IMG/VR virus record: IMGVR_UViG_2524614544_000001
DNA: 20,000 nucleotides
Direction: 5' to 3' (one strand)
Source: an uncultured virus (IMG/VR IMGVR_UViG_2524614544_000001)
Taxonomy: Duplodnaviria; Heunggongvirae; Uroviricota; Caudoviricetes
A program made the position numbers and the translations under genes. The notes beneath the pieces are model-generated. The model worked only from the letters and a program-made list of their open reading frames with translations, searched no databases and was not told the DNA's origin. Below are positions 14,809 through 20,000 of this stretch, piece by piece; within the stretch, counting starts at the first letter, position 1, and every line of letters starts with the position of its first letter.

Positions 14809-15564
14809 CTACGAAGAGAAGACGTAGTCCAGGATGTACGAGCCGGCATCCAGCAACATGTCGTTCACCTCGACGACCTCGCCTTCCTCCGTAGCGGCGA
14901 TCCGCACGATCTCCAGCACGGGAGTCCCGGAAGCCAGCGCCAGACTTTCAGCCTCGGCCGGTCGAGGCATGCGGGCGCGGACTTCTTCACGGAAGCGGAC
15001 GGGCTCTTTCCCCAACTCGGCGAGCCTCGCGTACAGGCCGCCCGGCCCGGTGTCCTTCTCCGTGATGCGAGTTCCGGCGACGAGGTCAGCGGGCAGATAG
15101 GACACAGCCAGTTGTACGGGGCGACCGTCAACGTGGAAGCGGCGACTTCGACGACACATGATCGCGTCCGAGGGTAGACCAAAGAGCTTGGCGACCTTGA
15201 GTGGGGGCGCGGCCTCGTCAACGTCAACATCTACCCGCCACGGGCGGTCCTCCAGGTCGCCATCCCAGATGGACTTGCCGGAGAGCCACTCTTCCTTCGA
15301 CAGGCGCTGCACGGCTGGCCGCCGAAGCGGTCGGAACTCGCGGACAGTGATTCCGTAGCCCTGCCGGCTCGCGATCAGACCCTCCCCCTTGAGCGTGTCT
15401 AGCGCCTGCCTCATCGTCGTGATGGAGACGCCGTACTGCTCCAGCAGGTGCTTCTCGCTCGGCAGCTTCTCCCCGGGGGCAAGGCTGCCGTCGTCGATCT
15501 TCGCGCGCAGAGCGTCAGCGATCTCCTCGTGACGTGATTGCTTCCGCTTTGCCTCGTTCGCCAT
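14809..15564 (-). CDS. GntR/HutC-family regulator with UTRA domain (KorA/KorSA/TraR-like transfer repressor)
   Basis: IADALRAKIDDGSLAPGEKLPSEKHLLEQYGVSITTMRQALDTLKGEGLIASRQGYG wHTH plus UTRA features (PVQLAVSYLP, EEVRARMP..AEAESLAL..GTPVLEIVR); GGGAGG SD before ATG 15564. Confidence 0.93.
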   Translation of the reverse strand: MANEAKRKQSRHEEIADALRAKIDDGSLAPGEKLPSEKHLLEQYGVSITTMRQALDTLKGEGLIASRQGYGITVREFRPLRRPAVQRLSKEEWLSGKSIWDGDLEDRPWRVDVDVDEAAPPLKVAKLFGLPSDAIMCRRSRRFHVDGRPVQLAVSYLPADLVAGTRITEKDTGPGGLYARLAELGKEPVRFREEVRARMPRPAEAESLALASGTPVLEIVRIAATEEGEVVEVNDMLLDAGSYILDYVFSS

Positions 15565-15640
15565 GGACCGTCCTCCCATACAGGTGCTTCGAAGATGCTA
15601 CGGGCCTCCTTTTTGACGTGCGAACTCTGCGAATCCCTTG

Positions 15641-15658
15641 CACTTCTTCGGAGGAGTG
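15641..15658. promoter_or_regulatory. Candidate autoregulatory operator between the divergent GntR and GIY-YIG/GntR genes
   Basis: Imperfect palindrome cacttcttcggaggagtg containing ttcttcggagg, identical to 14661-14671. Confidence 0.6.
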
Positions 15659-15729
15659 TGCAGACTCAATGTTACGCAGCGCCGCTCCACATGCGGAAGT
15701 GGTAACCCTGCGTGCATGAAGGGATACAT

Positions 15730-16272
15730 ATGCCCAGCCCGCCTCCCGGTCGCACTGCGCTGTACCGCTACTACGGCGCCGGCGCTCAACTCCTCTACAT
15801 CGGCATTTCAAACGACCCCGACTTTCGCTGGAAGTCCCACCTGTACCGCGACTCGAAGTGGGCAAGCCTCGTTACCTCGCGAGTCGACGAGTGGTTCGGG
15901 ACCCGGTCGGAAGCCGAGGAGGCCGAAGTCGCCGCCATCAAGAGCGAGCAGCCCCGCTTCAATGGCGCCCACAACTTCACCGAGGCCCCGTTCTCTCCAG
16001 ACGTATGGTCGCGGTGCGTTGGGCCTCGCAAGTGCGAGGACATCTCGGCACGCATCCAAGCCGAGCTCTCGTCTGGCAGTTGGCGATCCGGGATGCGAGT
16101 CCCCAGCGCAAGCCAGATCGCAGCCAAGAGGGGGACCAGTGTGAGCACGACGGCAAAGGCACTCCGGCCGTTCATCCGTAACGGCGTACTCGGCGTACAC
16201 GGCGGGCGAGGCGTGTTCGTGAACCCCTACACACCAGACCGCCCCGAAGCCGACCTTCGCCCCGCTATCTGA
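15730..16272 (+). CDS. GIY-YIG nuclease-like domain fused to a C-terminal GntR-type wHTH
   Basis: TALYRYY...LLYIGISNDP..RW..H...EAEEAEVAAIKSEQPRFN (GIY-YIG with conserved R, H, E, N), followed by ISARIQAELSSGSWRSGMRVPSASQIAAKRGTSVSTTAKAL...GGRGVFV. Confidence 0.85.
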   Translation: MPSPPPGRTALYRYYGAGAQLLYIGISNDPDFRWKSHLYRDSKWASLVTSRVDEWFGTRSEAEEAEVAAIKSEQPRFNGAHNFTEAPFSPDVWSRCVGPRKCEDISARIQAELSSGSWRSGMRVPSASQIAAKRGTSVSTTAKALRPFIRNGVLGVHGGRGVFVNPYTPDRPEADLRPAI

Positions 16273-16748
16273 CCGCTGCGAGCGCGAGACAACCGGGCGC
16301 CGAGCGCCCGGTCTCGCCGACCAGGGGGCGGTCCCCCTTGGACATGTAGGTCACGCAAGCGGTTTGCGCGCCCATCGAGTTTCATTCTTCTCGCTAAGGC
16401 GTCACGCCTGGTCAGGCCTGCAACCGGAATGAGTAAGTCATCCGACAGGAAGGGGGTCTTCCTGGTCAACGGTGCCTGGGTCGGGGAGGCTGATCACCGG
16501 ACGGGCGCTGCGGGCCGGGTCACGGCCTCGTTTGCGGCTCATCCTCAGGGTGGAGATGGGCGCCAGCATCGACCCGGGAGACTGGATCGCAGGAGACGGG
16601 ATTCGGCCAGAAAATCGAGCCCGTGAAGCTACGTATCGAAATCCAATTAAGCAACAGAGGGACCTTCCCGTACTTGGGAAACCGAAAGGTCAGGGCGTCG
16701 GAATGACACGTAAAACTTGACTTGACCTGCGTGTTCGACGCGCAGCGT

Positions 16749-16764
16749 CTATCAACGTTGATAG
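16749..16764. promoter_or_regulatory. Perfect 16-bp palindrome, probable transcription-factor site
   Basis: ctatcaacgttgatag; AT-rich and intergenic. Confidence 0.6.
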
Positions 16765-16831
16765 GCGAGGCCCTGACTGTTTCGCGTCGCGGCCCTGCGG
16801 GGCTTCGCGTGTCTCGTTCTAGTGTGATCAT

Positions 16832-16983
16832 CCTGCTGGTCTCATCGCCCGGCAGGGGCTCAACCTCCGGGGTCTCATCACCCCCGGATGCAGGAAGGCC
16901 GGGCGGTAATCAGCCGCCCGGCCGTGACCAGCGGCATCACCCGCTGGCATCCAACCGACTCCGTGCAGGAAGTAGGTCTCGTC
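16832..16983 (+). promoter_or_regulatory. Structured ~150-nt 5' leader (four hairpins, repeated GGUCUCRUC)
   Basis: TAGTGT -10-like hexamer at 16820-16825; stems at 16832-16856, 16866-16888, 16897-16923 and 16928-16947. Confidence 0.55.
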
Positions 16984-17409
16984 ATGAGCGTAACTGAAAC
17001 CGTCAAGTTTTCCACGTCGGCCCATGCCCAGCCGCCCGCCGCTCCCCCTGTTCTGTCGGCGCCGGTACCGCAGCCGCCGGCTTCCCCTGCCGTCTCGCAC
17101 CCGACGGCGTGTCCGTCGTGGTGTAAGGATCGTCATCGCCCGTTGGGTCATCACTTCGGTCCGACGTCGACGGCGCATTGGTCGGCGCAGGTTCGTCTGT
17201 TGAATCTGCGGCCACTGGATGGCTCGGCTGGTGTGATGTTGCGTGCCGAGGTGTACCGCGGGGATGAGGGGTCGACTGTGGGTGAGCCCGTGCTGTATGT
17301 CCAGGGCGAGTCGGACATCGATCTTTCTCGCGACGAGGCGGATGTGTTCATCGCCCAGGCGCAGGCGTTCGTGGACACGCTGCGGGTGCTGCGCCGGCAG
17401 ATGGGCTGA
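16984..17409 (+). CDS. DUF6907-like protein (141 aa)
   Basis: Pro-rich N-terminus, then CPSWC...H...H and a C-terminal LSRDEADVFIAQAQAFVDTLRVLRRQ helix typical of this actinobacterial family. Confidence 0.75.
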   Translation: MSVTETVKFSTSAHAQPPAAPPVLSAPVPQPPASPAVSHPTACPSWCKDRHRPLGHHFGPTSTAHWSAQVRLLNLRPLDGSAGVMLRAEVYRGDEGSTVGEPVLYVQGESDIDLSRDEADVFIAQAQAFVDTLRVLRRQMG

Positions 17410-17470
17410 GCATCCCTGCGATTCTCTCCTCGGCCGGGCAGTCCCGCTGTCCGGCCGCCTCTCGGTCGAC

Positions 17471-17503
17471 GCCCCCGATCACACGTGATCGGGGGCTTCT
17501 TCT
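17471..17503. terminator. Stem-loop between convergent genes, probable (bidirectional) terminator
   Basis: gcccccgatcac/gtgatcgggggc 12-bp inverted repeat followed by ttcttct. Confidence 0.75.
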
Positions 17504-17514
17504 GTGTCTGGGCA

Positions 17515-17817
17515 TCAAGCCGCGCGCCTGTACTGGCCTTCCAGGCGTTCGAATACTTCCGAGTCGGCCGTAACGGCAAATGCCGGAGCCCAGAGGTCTT
17601 CCACTCCGGGCGAGATGCCCTCGTAAGCCCTTTCCCCCACCTGCACCTGGGTGCTCCAGCGGCTCCACCGCGGCACGGCCACAAGGAGCCAGAGGTCACT
17701 TCCGCGCTGCTCAAATCGCTTCAGCTTCACCTTCACAGTTCCGCTGTTGTACGGCAGGCGCAGCTCCACCGTCGGGAATGGCTCTGGAACATTGAACTGC
17801 TTCGTGATCTCTCTCAT
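17515..17817 (-). CDS. Hypothetical protein (100 aa)
   Basis: Beta-rich, globular-looking sequence ending at the terminator; no SD seen. Confidence 0.6.
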   Translation of the reverse strand: MREITKQFNVPEPFPTVELRLPYNSGTVKVKLKRFEQRGSDLWLLVAVPRWSRWSTQVQVGERAYEGISPGVEDLWAPAFAVTADSEVFERLEGQYRRAA

Positions 17818-17925
17818 GCCTGCGTTACGTGGGAGTGAGGCGGATGGTTGCGCCTACCTGCGCCCGTTCACTCGGATGCCATCTTTGAGGCCGCATCCTC
17901 GTCGGCGAGGCGACGTTTTCACGGC

Positions 17926-18105
17926 ATGGACTTCCTTTCGCCGCCGACTGCCCTGTTCCCGTCCGACCCCCGCCTCCCGCTGCTCACTCTGCCGGAGGCC
18001 CGGGATGCGGTCCGGTTGCTGATGTTGTTGGCGGATGACAGCGAGGCGGGGCGGGAGGCACGGGACCTGGCCGCGGAGGTTGCGGCGCGGCTGCCGGCGG
18101 AGTAG
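17926..18105 (+). CDS. Small hypothetical protein (59 aa)
   Basis: MDFLSPPTALFPSDPRLPLLTLPEARDAVRLLMLLADDSEAGREARDLAAEVAARLPAE; amphipathic helices, G/C-ending codons. Confidence 0.6.
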   Translation: MDFLSPPTALFPSDPRLPLLTLPEARDAVRLLMLLADDSEAGREARDLAAEVAARLPAE

Positions 18106-18113
18106 GCGGCTGC

Positions 18114-18680
18114 TTAGTTGTGGAACGGGTGGACACCGGCCCTGCCTCGGAAGCGTCCTCGTGCCGCTCCGCCGCCGGGCTTGGTTGCTTTGGAGCCAGC
18201 GGCTTGGACTGCGATGTCGCGGGCCGTGTCGATCTTCCTGCCTGCCGCTTGCGCTCGGCGGATGAGGTTCTCGGTTTCACGGTCCCTGGCCCGTTCAGCC
18301 TCGGCTGCTGCTCGCCCGCGCGCCCGCTCGGCTGCGGCTTCCGTGCGTCGCTTTGCAGCCTCTTCGCCGTACTCGTCGCGCATCTGTTCCAGGATGCCCT
18401 CGGCGTTGATCATCTGCCCCTTCTGAGACTTGAAGCGTCCGGCTTGCTTCCGCGCCCATGGGGTGTTGTCTCCGTATCCGACGAACTGGATCGAGAGCCA
18501 GCACTTCCGGTCGGGAACCCACTTGTCGATGATCGCTTTGGCGCCGCGGTCCGCCATGTCGTCAGCGGTGCCTTCCGCTTCGGCGAACGAGGTCATGCGA
18601 ACGAGCGCGGGCTTGCTCTGCGGGTTCCAGATGCCGAGCACTCGGAACTCTGTCGCGGTACGGGGTCTTCTCGCTGCCAT
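18114..18680 (-). CDS. Hypothetical protein with charged helical C-terminus (188 aa)
   Basis: ATG after a G-rich SD-like run; globular N-half and coiled-coil-like C-half. Confidence 0.65.
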   Translation of the reverse strand: MAARRPRTATEFRVLGIWNPQSKPALVRMTSFAEAEGTADDMADRGAKAIIDKWVPDRKCWLSIQFVGYGDNTPWARKQAGRFKSQKGQMINAEGILEQMRDEYGEEAAKRRTEAAAERARGRAAAEAERARDRETENLIRRAQAAGRKIDTARDIAVQAAGSKATKPGGGAARGRFRGRAGVHPFHN

Positions 18681-18826
18681 CTGCCCCCCAGCAGGTGACC
18701 GGCAGCCCCTGCTGCCGGTGCGGGAACGCTACGGTCTCGGTTCGTTCTGCGCCAGGCATCCGGCGCAACACGCCTTGCGAGGGAGCGACCGCCGTCTGGT
18801 TCGGCCACTCCCCCGTGGGTCGAACC

Positions 18827-19297
18827 TCAGTCGGCTGGCTCGTGGCAGTGGCAGCTGCACGCTTTCCCGGTGAACTTGTGCTGGAGCCGGCACCTGTTGT
18901 GCATGCGGTCCCGCCAGGTAGGGAGGTCGCCGCGGTCGGGGTTGCGGATGATGGCCCCGTCGAGGAGGCGGGCGGTTTCGCAGGCGGTGGACAGGTACGT
19001 GCGGTGCGCGAGCAGGGTCAGGATGTCGGCGGGGAGCTGCCCAACAGCCGAGCCGGGCGAGGCGCCGGACGCCCCGTACCCCTGGCAGTAGACGGGCTTC
19101 ATACCAGGCTGGGGCTCCCACGAGTGCGCCTCGTGTGGTCGGCGGCAGTGCGCCAAGGCGCAGGCGAGGATCTGTTGGTGGAGGTCGGTGTGGTCGCAGC
19201 AGACGTCGAATCCGCCGTGGCAGTCGGACTCGGTGTCGTCGGCGGTCGGGCAGTAGTAGACGGTGGCGTCGGGCTTGCAGACGTGGTCGTCGGTCAC
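18827..19297 (-). CDS. Cys/His-rich hypothetical phage protein (156 aa)
   Basis: GGAGG SD, GTGA coupling at 19294-19297; HVC..YYC..CHGGFDVCC...CSCHCH. Confidence 0.7.
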   Translation of the reverse strand: MTDDHVCKPDATVYYCPTADDTESDCHGGFDVCCDHTDLHQQILACALAHCRRPHEAHSWEPQPGMKPVYCQGYGASGASPGSAVGQLPADILTLLAHRTYLSTACETARLLDGAIIRNPDRGDLPTWRDRMHNRCRLQHKFTGKACSCHCHEPAD

Positions 19298-19676
19298 GGC
19301 CGCCCTCCCCCGGTGACGGCTGCTGCTATGGCGATCCATCCTTTGTGCCAGGACTGGTCGAGCGGGTATCCGGCGCCGGGGTCGCGTTGGAGCCATCCGG
19401 CGTGCCCGGTGCGGGCGGCCAGCTTGACGATGCCGCAGGGGTGTTCGTCCTGCCAGTGTCCGCCTTGCCGGTCGGCAACGTAGTGGGTGACCGCGGAGAT
19501 GGCGAGGGCGGCGAGGGCGCGCCGCGGGCTGAGTCCGAGTCCGAGGACACGGTTCGCGGCGTACAGGGCGAGGGCCTGCGTTGCGGTGTACGTGGCGACG
19601 TGCCGGGCGCAGGCGATAGCCCCCTCGCGTCCGGGGCGCCCCTTGGCGACGGCATCTCGGTCCACCTGGACCCAGT
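19294..19676 (-). pseudogene. DUF3307-like membrane protein gene, 5' end displaced by an insertion
   Basis: WVQ...KG......ACARHV.TY...THYVADR...LDQSWH is DUF3307-like. The expected HxxxD motif and first TM helix before WVQ are replaced by unrelated, non-coding-like sequence from about 19677. Confidence 0.7.
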
Positions 19677-20000
19677 TTGTCGCTGCTTTCTTGGCGTGTC
19701 TCACATTCCTCAACTCTCGTTGATCGGACGTGGCGTTAGCAGTTGATGAGGGTCGTGTTGCGGACGTACCGTCCCGCCGCGTGTTGGTGCACTTCTTCTC
19801 TGCCGAGGGCTGGCAGTCCTGGGGGCTCGATGGCGAGCCGTTGATCCCTGAGCGGATGCCGGTGCTGTTCGACGACGACTTCCTGTTCGAGGACGAGGGC
19901 GGCCCGCGGGCGACGCGGGCGGTGAACTCCTGGCTTCGTACGCTGCCATCGAGCGGGGCACCGTCGCCGAATTCGTGGCGGGCGTACGCGCTGGCGGCCC
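19677..20000 (+). mobile_element. Left end of a probable tyrosine-recombinase-encoding element
   Basis: Abrupt junction inside the DUF3307-like gene; tcaac/gttga inverted motif (19710-19723, repeated at 19741-19746); then a recombinase-like ORF. Confidence 0.6.
19781..20000 (+). CDS. N-terminus of a probable actinobacterial tyrosine recombinase/integrase (runs off the window; absent from the ORF track)
   Basis: MLVHFFSAEGWQSWGLDGEPLIPERMPVLFDDDFLFEDEGGPRATRAVNSWLRTLPSSGAPSPNSWRAYALAA resembles the N-terminus of a family of actinobacterial site-specific integrases, with 'S.NSWRAYA' starting the SAM-like core-binding domain. Catalytic residues lie outside the window. TACCGT -10-like hexamer at 19767. 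Confidence 0.7.
   Translation, partial: MLVHFFSAEGWQSWGLDGEPLIPERMPVLFDDDFLFEDEGGPRATRAVNSWLRTLPSSGAPSPNSWRAYALAA

Noticed and set aside
16727..16740. LexA/SOS box
   Set aside because: Only one GTTCGA half-site; the actinobacterial TCGAAC-N4-GTTCGA palindrome is incomplete.
16272..16830. Short ORFs (16227-16469, 16429-16626, 16472-16720, 16520-16831)
   Set aside because: Overlapping, with no codon bias or recognisable motifs; treated as non-coding or remnant.
19294..19713. Intact 139-aa gene as given in the ORF track
   Set aside because: The first ~12 residues come from the inserted element and the conserved N-terminal motif is missing; called a truncated gene instead.

Overview
High-GC actinomycete (Streptomyces-like) mobile DNA with no housekeeping genes. 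It reads as a phage/plasmid hybrid with these blocks. (i) The 3' end of a probable phage portal gene (1-339, +). (ii) A converging minus-strand array of short, translationally coupled phage-type genes (336-4903), including an endonuclease VII-type HNH nuclease, DUF4326 and two paralogous CxxC/His mini-proteins. (iii) A divergent + operon (5023-7120) with an HTH protein, a stand-alone RelA/SpoT-type HD hydrolase and DUF6221. (iv) A structured intergenic region (7120-7930). (v) A Streptomyces-type dsDNA conjugation module on the minus strand (7929-15564): GntR-UTRA repressor, Xis-like HTH, small ORFs, Spd-like membrane proteins, TraB-like FtsK/SpoIIIE ATPase, a clt-like repeat region and DUF4236. 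(vi) A GIY-YIG/GntR fusion, a DUF6907 gene with a highly structured leader and further phage-type ORFs. (vii) At the right edge, a tyrosine-recombinase element apparently inserted into a DUF3307-like gene. Several small genes carry single inactivating lesions. Family assignments come from motif recognition by eye; no database search was run.
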